Source: Octopus sinensis (lineage: Eukaryota). Taken from it: a DNA stretch of 64,000 nucleotides. The position numbers were made by a program, and so were the translations under genes. Of this stretch, positions 13,785 through 26,720 are shown piece after piece. The stretch's first letter is position 1; every line of letters starts with the position of its first letter. The stretch lies in NCBI RefSeq assembly GCF_006345805.1, contig NC_043011.1, forward strand, positions 51,720,464 through 51,784,463. The letters are read 5' to 3'. The notes under the pieces were generated by a model that made no database searches, was not told the DNA's origin, and worked only from the letters and a program-made list of their open reading frames with translations.

Positions 13785-14706
13785 TTTGGTTGGCAACTAA
13801 GTTCCCGCTGTCTTTTTAAATTTTGGAATTTATTGCGTTTTTAAATTTTGAAATCTATTTTTTTTGAGAATTCTATTTTTGAATCATTTTAGAATCTATT
13901 TTGTTTTTTTTTCTTGTTAATTTTAGTTAATTTATGTTTGTTTTCGGATCATCAAAATGGAATGTCAAGTTAAGAAAAATGAACATCTTCGACACCTTTG
14001 CTTTTAATCAAGGTTCTAAGGCCACAAAAGCTGCTTGCGACATTTGTGCTGTGTATGGAGAGGGTGCCATAGCTGAAAGAACCACTTGTGATTGGTATGC
14101 CAAGTACTAAATGGAAAGTTTAGCTTCAAAGACGCACCTCATTCTGGTCGTCCAGTTGAGTTCGATGAAGAGCAATTAAACCAACTTTTGCACAAAAATT
14201 CTCCTTAAACGACAAAGGAACTGGCAGAGAAAATGGAATGCTCCCACACTGCTATAGAAAAGCATCTTCACTCGATGGGAAAGGTTTAGAAGTATGGAGC
14301 ATGGGTTCCGCATGCTTTAAGTGACAACAACAAAAATCAACGAGCTACAATCTCCGCTGGTCTGCTTTTTGTCACCACTCAACTCATGGACACAAGCAAC
14401 GATTTCTTTACCAAATAGTTTATGGCGATGAAAAATGGTGCCTGTACATTAATATGAAGCAGCATAAGGAACAGCTTAGCCTGGTAAACAAGTGACACTG
14501 TGCGTGAAACAAGATCTTCATCTGCATAAAACAATGTTGTGCGTATGGTGAGAGTGGGAAGTGATTATCCATTACGAATTGCTTGAACGGAACAAAACAG
14601 TCAACATGGAACTCAACAGATGGAACGACTCAACATGGCTATTCATGAGAAAAGACCTAATTGGCAGCATGGAGTTCTGCTGCATGACAACGCCTGCCCT
14701 CATATC
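13785..14706 (+). mobile_element. Mariner (Tc1/mariner, mellifera-like) transposon fossil, 3'-truncated
   Basis: 5' TIR-like TTTGGTTGGCAACTAAG. ATG at 13957 gives MECQVKKNEHLRH... Frameshifted translation shows SGRPVEFDEE, GAWVPHALS (WVPHEL motif), IVYGDEKW (first D) and LLHDNACPH (second D). Multiple stops. Confidence 0.95.
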
Positions 14707-15289
14707 TAACAGAAGGAAGACTAAAGATGGTATGGAAAAAAATGGTCAGGATGCTGAAACTCAGGAAGAAGATAATGGGGAGCCTCAAAAAAGTGATGAG
14801 ATGCTATGCTGTAGAAGACCCATCCAAGTATAAAAAAAAGGTAAATATAAAATGATAAATGATGATTTAGATGAATACAATGAAATATGTATAATTTGTA
14901 ATGTAAGCTACACCTTTTCTAATGAACATACGGTTTTAGCTTGTATATCAAGTGTAAATAAGCACAATATAATTTTAGCTCTCCATAGGCAGAAAAACTT
15001 TCATCACAAAAAAAAAGAGAAACATTTTCAGTTCAAAGCTAATAGCTATTTACAGTGTACATGATCTCAGTCACAACGAAACAGGTCTGTCTAATTTGCA
15101 TAATAGTGCATGCATTGGATATATGGATAAATAAGTAACTAACAATGCCTCACAATTCACACATTGAAATCAAAACCTGCAATGTAACTATTTAAATTTG
15201 TATGTTTATCAAGAAAGATAAATCTTACACTATATTCAAAGAGTGCGTGTGTTATATATATATATATATAAATATATATGTATGTATGT

Positions 15290-15428
15290 ATTCTTTTATT
15301 CTTTTACTTGTTTCTGTCATTTGACTGTGGCCATACTGGAGCACCACCTCAATCAAACAAATCGACCCCAGGACTTATTCTTTGTAAGCTTAGTATTTAT
15401 TTTATTGATCTCTTCTGCTGAACCACTT
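15290..15428 (-). mobile_element. SINE family A, 3' fragment
   Basis: TTCTTTTACTTGTTTCTGTCATTTGACTGTGGCCATACTGGAGCACC matches the family A tail. Confidence 0.85.
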
Positions 15429-15439
15429 CATATATATCT

Positions 15440-15486
<47 letters not shown>

Positions 15487-15711
15487 CAGTAGTCCCTCAC
15501 CATATCATGGTTCACCTAGTACATAGCAGTTCCCCTATCACATACTCAGTACATCACTAATTTTTCTGGCTAATATATGTAAATTTATATTGTGAACTCC
15601 TCAGTATATCTGGGGTTTTTGTGGCCAATAGGTATTTATGCTTTTTTAGATTTGAATTATTTCTGAGGGAGGTTTTGGAACATAACACCTGTGATAGTCA
15701 AGGGATTACTC

Positions 15712-15713
<2 letters not shown>
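15487..15713. mobile_element. Tigger/pogo-like MITE
   Basis: Left end CAGTAGTCCCTCACCATATC; right end GTGATAGTCAAGGGATTACTCTG is an imperfect inverted match. TA on the left flank. Confidence 0.55.
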
Positions 15714-15759
<46 letters not shown>

Positions 15760-16704
15760 TGAATTAAATGCAAACATGCATTAGCAAATAAGAACAAAGA
15801 GTAATATAATGAAAGATAGGTTTGCTTATACATTTATGAGTGTGTGTAAGAATGCATGTATATGTGCACAGAAAAGGTGGGCAGTGCTTTAAAAGTCCTC
15901 ATTAATAAATCATTATTGAATAGTATTTACTATTATCATTATATTATTAATATCACATTTGTGAATGTATTAATAATATATAGTAATAATGATGAAAAAA
16001 TCTCCCATCTATTTGTTTCTAATTATCTAAGTGAATAAACTTGCAGGCAGACAATTTAGCATTGTAGCATAACTGAAGGAAGTAACTGCCACTGGCAATG
16101 TTCCACACATAGCAAACTGGGAAATTGGTGAACAGATAGAAGTATATAAGGTAATGATATAATTGGATGGTCACCAAGGGAAGTAGGTTCAATTTTTACT
16201 TAATCCTCAAGCCAAATTCATGTCATTAATCTATTTGAGTTGTTCCTCTTAACACATTTTCCTTTTCCTAATATATACGTCAGTATGTATGTGTGTCTGC
16301 ATATGTGCTTTAAACAGTACAGTATGGTACTTACACTGCCATTACTGCACAGTTTCACCATTGTTTATTATTCAAATCATATGCACTTGACTATCCGCAT
16401 GTGTACATCATGGTCTTTAAAAATTGTGTCCCAAACATATTGATACTGCTTAACACATAAATATCCACTTTGTAACAGTACTGAGTCAATTGTATTTTTT
16501 GTTGTTACCATATATTAATAAATATCACAGTGATACAATGTATGCATATAGTAACCATGAAGATCCTCTATAAAGACCTGCAATGTGCACCTCTCCCCAC
16601 TTCCCATAGTTCAATCCTCTTGTCCCTTAGCATGAAGCTGACAGCCCCCACCAGGATTTGTAGTTCTGTGAGCTGCATTGCAAACTCAATAGTGGTGCTG
16701 GAAA

Positions 16705-16861
16705 AAAAAAATGTACCTTACCCATGGTGTAAAGTGGTTGGTATTAAGAAGGGCATCTAACCATAGAAATCGTGCCAAAACAGACGCTGGAGCACGACAC
16801 AGTCCTTGGATACATATCAGATTCTGTCAAGCCATTCAACCCATACAAACCAGGAACATGG

Positions 16862-16862
<1 letters not shown>
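16705..16862 (+). mobile_element. (GAT)n-tail family (RTE-related non-autonomous repeat), degenerate fragment
   Basis: GTAAAGTGGTTGGTATTAAGAAGGGCATCTAACCATAGAAA...CAACCCATAC matches the family body. Confidence 0.65.
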
Positions 16863-16903
<41 letters not shown>

Positions 16904-17509
16904 CACACAAACACACATTTTATACTTGCACAAATATACACAGACCATTAATACCCACATACATATATATTACATTACATATACTATATATCCACATCTA
17001 GTCAGGTCTGCAACTGAATAGTGCTTAATTGTCAGAAAGTTTGTTTCCATTCAGAGTTGGCATCATATACACATTCAAACCTTATATATGTGTGGGTGTA
17101 GCCTTGGTTAAAAATGTAGAACTTGGAGGTTCTCTTGAGATCAGCCCAAATCACATGAGTGGAGTTGTTTGCAATATTCAACCACATACAGATGTAAACT
17201 TATCTATGTGTATGTATTCACACCTATACAAACTTATATACATAAACATATTTATAGGCATAGGTACAATAACAAATAAATATTTGTGTATGTGTGGTTG
17301 AGTGCCAGAAGTGACAGAGCACTGCAGTATTTAAGTTACATTATCCTATGTTTTTATTTAACCAAAGGTTACATTACCATTCCTACTGAAATGAAAAAGT
17401 ACCTAGGGAGTTAAATTGAATATTCTATACTCATTACTCAAAATGGGTGTGACCTTGTGTTAAAATTACAGCAAAATAATTAAAACATCAAATAAAATGC
17501 CTCGCAGTA

Positions 17510-17990
17510 TTCATTCCAACTATTTACACACTAAGTTCAAATCCACCACGATCAACTTCACCTTTTACCCTTCTGAGGCCAATAAAATAACCAGCGCAGT
17601 GCTGTGGTTGATTTAAATGAATAAACCCACTCCTCAAATTTCTTGCTTGGTGGGTACTGTTCTGGTTCTTTACTTTCTGAATTCAAATCACCATCAACTT
17701 TGCTTATCATCCTTCCAGGGATGATAAAATAAAATACCAATCAAGTACATGGCATCAATTAACACCTTTTCTTCAAAACTACTGGTCTTGTCTCTAAATT
17801 ATAAACAATCATTATTGTTGTTGAAGGGAGTAGATTGGCAAAATAGTGTGGTTGGTGGAGAAGAGTGGATTGGTAAAGCATCCGATGAAATGCCATGCAG
17901 CAATTAGTTATGTCCCTTTTAATTCTGAGTTCAAATCATGCTGAGGTGAATTTTCCTATTCATCTTTCCAAAGTTGAAAAAATATAATGC
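17510..17990 (+). mobile_element. Cluster of three degenerate SINE family B fragments in tandem
   Basis: Repeated (T)TCTGAGTTCAAAT...TCAACTTT(G)C..TCATCCTT...AATAAAATA motif near 17530, 17680 and 17925. Confidence 0.7.
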
Positions 17991-18015
17991 CAGTAGTATA
18001 CTCTAATTCATTTCA

Positions 18016-18235
18016 TCCTTTTGTTACCATATTTCTGTTGAGATGCTCTGTGTTTCTTTCAATTAATTTTAAATATAACAAAGAATTTAATAAAATAACT
18101 TAGTAACCATTAAGCTACTGTTAGGAACATAAATTGTGACTAAGGTTTGGTGAAAGATTTTAATTTAGGGCTTTTGAAAACAAGACATTTGTACTAAAAC
18201 CAGAAGCGGTTTCAGGCAGGCTGGTATCAAAAGGG
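18016..18235. mobile_element. piggyBac-type MITE
   Basis: Ends TCCTTTTGTTACC ... GGTATCAAAAGGG (CCCTTT-type TIR) followed by TTAG/TTAA. Confidence 0.7.
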
Positions 18236-18299
18236 TTAGTTAACTGCATTTCCTCCAAAATTTGTGAGTGTATGTCAATATTAGAAGGGTGGTGGTAGT

Positions 18300-18512
18300 G
18301 GGTGGTGAACTGGCAGAATCATTAGCATACTGGGCAAAATGTTCAGTGGCATTTTGTCCATCTTGATGTTCTGAGTTCAAATTCTATTGAGGTCAACTTT
18401 GCCTTCCATCCTTTCAGGATTGATAAAATAAGTACCAGTTAAGCACTGGGATTGATGTAATAATGTACCCCTTCCCTCAAAATGACTGGCCTTGTACCAA
18501 AACTTGAAACCA
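18300..18512 (+). mobile_element. SINE family B (GAGCTGGCAGAATC...TTCTGAGTTCAAATT...GGCCTTGTACC)
   Basis: Near full-length copy with a B-box-like GAGTTCAAAT and tail GGCCTTGTACCAAAACTTGAAACCA. Confidence 0.85.
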
Positions 18513-18620
18513 GAAGGCAAAGTCAACCTTGGCATAATTTGAACTCAGAATGTGAAGACAGATGAAATGCCACTAAGCATTTTACCCAGTGTGCTAACAG
18601 TTCTGCCAGCTTGTCACCTT
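18513..18620 (-). mobile_element. SINE family B, 5' half, inverted against the previous copy
   Basis: GAAGGCAAAGTCAACC...AATTTGAACTCAGAA...TTCTGCCAGCTTGTCACC is the reverse complement of the family B head. Confidence 0.85.
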
Positions 18621-19197
18621 TCATTGTTAGAAATCAATATCGATAAAGTACATGTCCAATAATGGAGCTGATGTAATCCACATACACTTCTCCACAAACT
18701 TGTGGTCAAAAACCATCATGATCATCATTATTAATATTATCAAATATTTAATAATCAACTGCTTTAATATGAAGAAGTAAATCAATAGCTAGTTAAAGCT
18801 TTCATGTTCAGTGATCTCCAGCAACTGATAAAGTCTTCTTGACTTCAATAAGACAGTGATGGAAGATGTGATAGCTTGGTTTCTTCTTAAAATATTAATG
18901 CTATATATAAAATGAGTAAGCAACAACTGGGGATTGAAACCGGGTTGTATATATTTTGTTTTACCTGGAAGCTTTGTCTTATATTAATCATGATACATGC
19001 ATACACATACATACATTTAGTGAGTGCATCATGTACACTACTCTGCATTTATACAGGATGGTGTGATGTTTCTACTGCAGCAGTAGCTAAGAACAAAGCT
19101 TTTTCCACCTACTTGCAACCCTCTTATACACAGCTTACTGTCACTAGTTAGCCTCTATAGTAGACCAGGGAGAGAGCAAGTTAGCTTTTTCCCAACC

Positions 19198-19231
<34 letters not shown>

Positions 19232-20391
19232 AAGGAATATTAGAGCATTTGTTTAATAGCTGCATACTCTGCAAGGATCAAACAGCCAAGAAAGCTAAAA
19301 TTGCTGCATTCTTTGAAACAAATAGAATAATGTATGTTGTGCCGAAGAGCATAAAACAACACCTCAAGCAAGATTTAAATCACCTCCATATTATTAAATC
19401 AGCCAGTTGTCCCATCACACAAACCTTTGAAAAAAATCTTTATGTTTCCATGCTTCTCTCAGAAAAAAAAATAATTATAATAATAAAAGATCAGATTTAT
19501 TTTAGCGATAGGTTATTTCTAGTTAGGTCAGATTCTGCAAAGCTTATTCAAGAGTGATGCCCAATGGCAGTTGAGACATTTAAGAAGCTATTCTACAGAC
19601 CACATGGTAATGATATCAAACCCCTTACTACTGCTGCTGCTGCTTTTGCTCCTCCTACTACTACTACGACAACCACCACCACTAACAACAACAACAACAA
19701 CAACACTACTACCTCACAACCATTGTGATGGTGATACCTCTAAGACAGACATAACTATACATGGGTTACTCTTCCTGGTAAAACTAATTCCTAGGTACTA
19801 TTGCCAATGCTATTTTACAGTAAAGTAATTAACAGTAGCAAGGGTCAGACATCTTGATTATTGGCATGGTGGGAGAAAGGGGCTAAAAAAAAAAATGCAA
19901 TTACTTCAACAATATACAACTGTCCAGATTTGCATAAACCATCACCACCCATGCTTGCATGATGTATACAAAGACATAAAAATAGGAGTGAAAAAAAAAA
20001 AAATGAAATCACTGATTGATTAAATTCAAAACAATTTATGAACAAGAAAGAAAGAAGGAAAGTTATGAAATTAAATTGAAAAATGATTAAATCTGGCTCC
20101 TCAACATAGCATAAAATAAAATCAATGAAATAGAGAAAAAAAAATAAAAATGGGTAAATCGATGGTTAAAACATTAAAATTTTTGTCATATTTAAGTGGA
20201 GTTCAATACTGGACAGAATTCTATACCATCATCATCAACAACAATTAAATTTTTCTATACTGCCAGAAGCTGAGTAGGTTGTTAGGGTGCTGGCTTTTAA
20301 CAACAAAAGGGTCAATAAATTCAATTCTATCATTGCTGTTGTGTGGTATTAGTGGCAGGGATACTTAACTGTCACATGACCAAGTTAGTTT

Positions 20392-20805
20392 TTTTCTTTT
20401 AGCTTGTTTTAATCATTGGATTGCAGCCATGCTGGAGCACCACCATGAAGGGTTTTCAGTTGAACAAACTGATGCCAGTACTCATTTTTTTTTAAAGCCT
20501 GGTACTTATTCTATTGGCCTCTAATGCTGAATTGCTAAATCACAAGTGACATAATCAAACCAACACTTGTTGTCAGGTAGTGAGAAGGGAACAAACTTAA
20601 ACACACACACACACATACATACACATGCACATACACACACATGATAGGCTTCCACACAGTTTCTATGTTTCTACCAAATTCAATCACAAGGCATCAGTCA
20701 GCCTGAAGCTGTAATAGAAGCCGAAGGTGCCACGCAGTAGGACTGAACCTGAAACCATATAATTGCAAGGTGGGCTTTTAAACCACACTGGCATACCTAT
20801 GCTTA
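20392..20805 (-). mobile_element. SINE family A-related, degenerate full length
   Basis: Tail GCAGCCATGCTGGAGCACC, internal (CA)n, head GGTGCCACGCAGTAGGACTGAACC. Confidence 0.8.
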
Positions 20806-22176
20806 TAACACAGCCATGCCTGCAGCTATGATACAGCCATGCCTGTTCCAATGTTAACAAGCCATGCCATCTCTCACCTAATATAGCATTTGGTAATCAG
20901 ATGGTATTTTGTAATGTTCATTTTGTTTAACTGTACTTTGTTAATAGGAATACATTTGTGCATCAGGTCAGATACTTTATTGCCTGAATATATGTATTTT
21001 GTATATGAATAGACAAGTCCCCTAGCTTCTATTTTATTGTGCTAAATAGATTTAAGTATGAGATATTTTATACATATATATCAATACATTGAAATAGATA
21101 TAGTTTTTTGTCTATTTTTATTAACTTCTCTGAAACCTTTTACACAAGAAGTATTTTCTTGTTATGAGAAATATTTTTTCAACATTAATATGTCATATGC
21201 ATTTCACAAGTTGGCCTTGGGATATTTGTTTACTGCCAATTTGCAAAATTTGTGTTCCCTTTGTAAAGAGTGTAGCAGAGAAAGAGCATATATATATATA
21301 TATATATATATTACTTAGTTGAGGGAGTGGAAAGAAAAAAATTAGAGGGTAATAAAAAGAATCACTCTGGAAGAGAGAAAGTAAGAGAAATAGATTGGGA
21401 AAATAAAAGGAGTATGAAGAGGTTGAGGTTGTGCTTCTTTCCAAGAGTCAGTACTGCTACAGTTAATAACTAATAGTCAAAACTTACCATGAGAATAAAG
21501 GGAACAAGTGTTTTATTTCTTCCCATTCCATAGAAGTTCATATCCTTTCTCCTTCACAAAAATTCAGTTTTAATCCCCAATGGCACCACCTATAAAAATT
21601 TAGACTCCACTAATAGCTCATTTACAAAAAGATGGTTTTCAGAGATCCTTTTTCAACTTCCTAAATACTCTAGAAATGACAAATACAGAACATTTTTTTT
21701 AAACCTCTTAAAGTTATTGCAATGGCAAGATCATTGTAGAATGGAGAAATTCAAAAGGAAACAACATCAGGATACAGGTGAAGGTAAAAAACAAAGGAAG
21801 ACCCATCTAGCAGCAAACATAAACTGTACGACTGCTGCTTGATTAAAAGACTATGAAGAGGGAAAACAAACATCCATCTGGCAGCGAATAAAAACTATAG
21901 AACTGATACCTGATTAAATCAAAGAGAAGAAAGGAGGGCTTGTCTAGAAGATGACATAATGGTAACAATGCTCAAGCTAGCTTTCATAAAACTTTGAAAG
22001 AAAAGAATCATGTTGTTAACTTGAATTAAGCTTCTTTCCAAGAATCAGTACTGCCACTGTCAATAACTTACAGTACAAAGCCAGGACTTTTCAAAGAGAA
22101 TAACAAGGACAAGTGCACAGCTTTTGCAATCCACAAAGTGAAATATCAAACCCACTGTTGTACTAACGCTAATGCT

Positions 22177-22385
22177 GATTTCAAATTTTGGCACAAGGCC
22201 AGCAAGTTTGGGGGAGGGGTTAATCGATAACGTCCACTCCAGTACTCAGTTGGTACTTAATTTATCGACTCTGAAAGGATGAAAGGCAAAATCCACCTTG
22301 GTAAAATTTGAACTCAGAACATAAAGAAGGATGCGATGCTGCTAAGCATATTGTCTGTAATGCTAAAGATTTGGCCAGCTTGTAC
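22177..22385 (-). mobile_element. SINE family B inserted in the Helitron
   Basis: GATTTCAAATTTTGGCACAAGGCCAGC...GAAAGGATGAAAGGCAAA...TTTGAACTCAGAAC. Splits the Helitron N-terminal homology. Confidence 0.85.
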
Positions 22386-24098
22386 TAAAGGTAATCTTAA
22401 ATTTATCCCTCCAGATGGATTCATTTCCTTGACAAAATCATGTTACAACAATCCCATGGCTTCTCTTGGTTATCAGGAAACAACACTATCAGGTTACAGT
22501 CAAACTCATTGCATCAAAATGTCACTTATTCCATGTGAAAATATGTGACTAAAGATTGCATAGATTTTTTTTGTTTTACAACATATAATGAACTGATGAA
22601 AAAAATCCAACAATGAACTTTGATGTGATAGTTAAGTTGCAAGATACCTTAAATTGAACCAATTCATGTACAAGATATTTCAAGTTTGCTATTGAGATCA
22701 CCAGAAGAGAAGAGATTAAAGTAGTACTGAAAACAAGAAGCCAAAATGGTAACCATAAGGTGCAATATTTCATGCCCAACACAAAGTGGTTGCTCTGCTA
22801 TTCAGTGAAGCAATGGAAAGTCTGGATGTAGTAGTACATAAATACAGAAGCAGCTTGAAATATAAATGGAATACATCAAAGTTATAATGTCCTTCACATC
22901 AGGTTTTCAGGTTTCCTTTTGCTAGTGATTTATATGTTAAGGATATCAGAAATATTAACCAGATTTCTTCCATACTGTACAACTACTACAGATTGTATGT
23001 ACACTCTCAAAAAAAATTTCAATGTAATTTTGAGATTGTGAAAACTTCCAGCAATATGCAATTGATGACTTTATTAAGATAATAAAGCAAAGATTAAAGT
23101 GGTATAATTATAACAAAAAAAAAATCAATTTGTGCAGACAAATACAAAAGACTTGTGGAAGACTGTGTGTACAAAAGACTGTGTGAAGAGAGTCAATTAA
23201 ATGAGTGAGGAAACAAAATCATATTACCAGTAAGTTTGTATGAATCACCAAGGTGGTACGCAGAAGCATTTCAAGATTTCATGAGTATCATCAGATACTA
23301 TGATAAGCCAGATTTCTTCATTACTTTTATAACAAATCCAAATTGGAATAAGATTTAAGTCAACCCTTTTACCAGGTTTAAAACCCAAATGATCAACCAG
23401 ATAATAGGGTAACATTGTTTCCACAAAATCTGAAATAGCTTTTCATGATTTACTTGAAGATGATTACCTGGGAAAAGTAATTGCTTTATATATGTATGAA
23501 AGAGGACCTGAAGGGAGGACTGCCATGCTCAAGTTCTTTTTATCTTCACACAAGGAAATAAACCCCATATTGGCTTATATTGATTGATTTGTTTGTGCTG
23601 AGATTCCAGATAAAGAAAGGCATTCTTTGTTGTTTGATGAAGTTAAAAAGAATATGATCCATAGTCTAGTAGAAATACTAGTTTTAATAATCTGTGTATG
23701 TCTGGTGAAAGGGTGAAGGGACAGATTATAAATGTGAAAAAGGATTCTAAAACAGTTTTCAAGTCAGACTGTTGACTGAAAATTCCAAGCCTTCTTATAG
23801 AAGTGTAACAGAAGAACATAAATGTGCATCTTTCATTGTGCAAACCTGCAAAGTTCAGTTGTAAGGTCGTATTGTATAACCTTACACTCAAAACAAAGTA
23901 TGAAGAGCATAAAGGCAGCGAAGAACTTCTACAAGCGTGTTACCAAAGGATTGGTTCATGTCCTAGTTCAAAAGTCAAGGGGAGAGCAGGCTTTAGGTGA
24001 GATTCAAACACATGATATATCAGAATCACAATCATTTATGAGAGACTCAATGAAATTTCCCATGTAACAATTGATATTCTCCTATACAAAAGCTTCCA

Positions 24099-24438
24099 GT
24101 GCATCTACAGTATGATCAAATTGTTCTTCTTGAACATAATGAAGCAAATGATGTGGTGAACTGCAGGCTAGTGGTGACTACGTTGAGTGGATTCTTTGAA
24201 CTTAATGTTGCTGCTCTAAAAGCAAATAACATACTTTATTTAGATATCTTCCAGTATTGCAGATGCTTCAATGAAAAGTTTGCAAGAAAATATGAAGTAA
24301 TTATGAGAAAGAGATTTGGGGATGTAGTGGAAAGTGACAGACTGAATAATATGACTGGCAGGATTCCTGTCATCAATCTGAAACCTCATCAGGTAGAGCT
24401 CAACTTCATGAGAATGCTACTATACCATAAACCAAGAC
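24099..24438 (+). pseudogene. Helitron Rep-helicase linker remnant (part of the 153-aa ORF)
   Basis: HLQYDQIVLL...TTLSGFFELN...LYLDIFQY...GRIPVINLKPHQVELNFMRMLLYHKP matches the Helitron pattern LxVHLPxxQxVxF...TTLTAFFxLN...GRxxxVxP...YYLRLLLxH. Confidence 0.8.
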
Positions 24439-24499
24439 TGTATGACTGCATGACATACCAGCATGGCCGCAGCTCTGAGCTGAAACTAGAAAAAAAAAA
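24439..24499 (+). mobile_element. Short 5'-truncated SINE tail insertion with a 10-bp TSD
   Basis: CCAGCATGGCCGCAGCTCTGAGCTGAAACTAG plus an A-rich tail, flanked by AAACCAAGAC at 24429-24438 and 24500-24509. Confidence 0.75.
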
Positions 24500-24569
24500 A
24501 AACCAAGACCAACAAGTTTTAAGAACAATAGATGTAATAATGTCATCTATAATTATGTAATTATGTCAT

Positions 24570-24890
24570 CTTTTATGTGCCGGTGGCACGTAAAAGCACC
24601 ATCCGTTCGTGTCCGTTGCCAGCCTCGCCTGGCCCCCGTGCTGGTGGCATGTAAAAGCACCATCCGTTCGTGGCCATTTGCCAGCTCCGTCTGGCACCTG
24701 TGCGGGTGGCACGTAAAAAGCACCCACTACACTCACGGAGTGGTTGGTGTAGGAAGGGCATCCAGCCGTAGAAACACTGCCAGATCAGACTGGGCCTGAT
24801 GCAGCCTTCTGGCTTCACAGACCCCAGTTGAACTGTCCAACCCATGCTAGCATGGAAAACGGATGCTAAATGATGATGATGATGATGATT
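24570..24890 (+). mobile_element. (GAT)n-tail family element with three ~61-bp 5' tandem units
   Basis: GGTGGCA(C/T)GTAAAAGCACC anchors at 24582, 24643 and 24705; body GGTTGGTGTAGGAAGGGCATCC; tail CCAACCCATGCTAGCATGGAAA...(GAT)n. Confidence 0.9.
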
Positions 24891-25229
24891 ATTAAGAAGC
24901 TTGCAAAAAAGGGGACTAATGGTGTAATAAGTCATAACATGATTGAAGAAAGAGCCAATGTGTCTGTTGGAGAGGCATGTCACTAGGTGTTTGCAACAAT
25001 CCTTTTATATATATAAGACGATCCAATCCCATAACTGTCTAGAACTATCACTCCTATACTTTAAGTGAAGACACGACACATTATGTTAAAGTAGAACCAA
25101 TAGACAAAATTCTTAGCAAAATGCTTTGGGAAACTATGAAAATACAATTTAATTATCTGCCCTGATCTTAGCACAGTTGGACCATACCATAGAAGAGTTA
25201 GAATATAATACAGAACAGCTAAAACAGAT

Positions 25230-26720
25230 AATGGACACCAGCATTCCTGTACTGAATACAGAACAGCAACCTGTTTATAAATGCATTATCACATCAGTTA
25301 AGGAAGTATGAGGACAATTTATTGACTTGATGTTCTAGAAAGAAACAACAAAAGCGTCTTGTTCTTAACACTATTTGCCAGAATGCAATATGAAAATAAA
25401 ATTGCTCTTGCAACAGCAACACCAGAAATTGCTGCAACACCTAATGGTTAAACTATACATTCTCACTTCAAAGTGCCTTTAAAGATAACTGGGCATTCAA
25501 ATTGTGATATATCATAAAGGAGCGCAACTGCCAAGCTAATCAGCCGAACAAGTTTAGTCAGCATAGATGAAGTAACTACAGTTAAAAGAAAGCATTTGAG
25601 GTAATGGATCACAAATTATTTTCTACTCTATGCACAAGGCTCGAAATTTTTGGGAGAGGGGGGGGCAGTCGATTAGATCAACCCCAATATACAACTGGTA
25701 CTTAATTTATCAACCCCAAAAGGATGAAAGGCAAAGTCGACCACAGTGGAATTTGAACTCAGAACATAAAGACAGACGAAATACTACTAAGAATTTCGCC
25801 CGGCGTGCTAACATTTCTGGATCACAAATTCTATGATATCCATGAAACTGATAGACATTTTGAAAGAATTACAATGGTGTTTTCTAGTGACTGGTACTAA
25901 ATTCTTCCATGAATGAAGATCATGCAGAAGTAATGAATAAATGCTTCAAGAGCTCTTTGCTTTAGGAAGAACTTCAGATGATGCAACTCACCTTAAATAT
26001 GGATAGGTAAAAGTTGAGAACACTTTACAAGAGCCAAACTAGCAAGGTCAATTGAAGATACAAATTTCAGGTAATCTTGTTTCCTGTGCAATTTCAAAGA
26101 TATTTTGGCAAGTATATAGTTTTGCAAACCTCCAGTAAAACTAAACCCGTGGACAAGATCTCTGAGCATGCAGTTCCTTGTCAAACTAACAACAGCATTA
26201 CAAAAGTTAATGACATTTTGATAGACAGATTTACATATCAGATAAAAACATATTTAAGCAATGAAACAACATTCAATAGTAATAAGGTAAATCTTTACTC
26301 AATTGAAATTTTAAACACAAATTGCTTGAGTGGAATGATTTAACACAAATTGTTTTTTAAAGGATGTACTCCCAGTGCACGTCTCCAAAATTTTTATGCA
26401 GCTAATGACCATGGCAATGGAACCTGAGCATTTTAACAAAATAGTTATTTATGCTGTTATTGCTTCTGGTATCCATAAAGGGAAATATTTACATGTTTCC
26501 CTTTATGAGCATCAGATTACAGAAATACAGGTTATCATGTGCTGACATTCCAAATACAAAAGCATTAATTTCTTCTTGAAAGTTCAAAATACAATTCTTT
26601 TGAAGGTCAGCATCCACCTCAGAAAAAATAAATGCTTCTCTCAGAAAATTCAAGTGGATTTAGTTATGGCAAAAACAAAGAATGAACATTACTCTTTTGC
26701 AGAGAATATTGATTAGCACT
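25230..26720 (+). pseudogene. Helitron PIF1-family helicase remnant
   Basis: LNTEQQPVY...IALATATPEIAAT.PNGKTIHSHFKVPL...SIDEVTTVKR...; MVFSSDWY*ILP (GDFRQ motif); TNNSITKVNDILI...YLS...YSIEILN...SGM; GNGT. Many frameshifts and stops. Confidence 0.9.
25618..25817 (-). mobile_element. SINE family B inserted in the Helitron helicase, with a 13-bp TSD
   Basis: TGGATCACAAATT at 25605-25617 and 25818-25830. Removing the insert rejoins EVMDHKFYDIHETDRHF. Confidence 0.92.
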
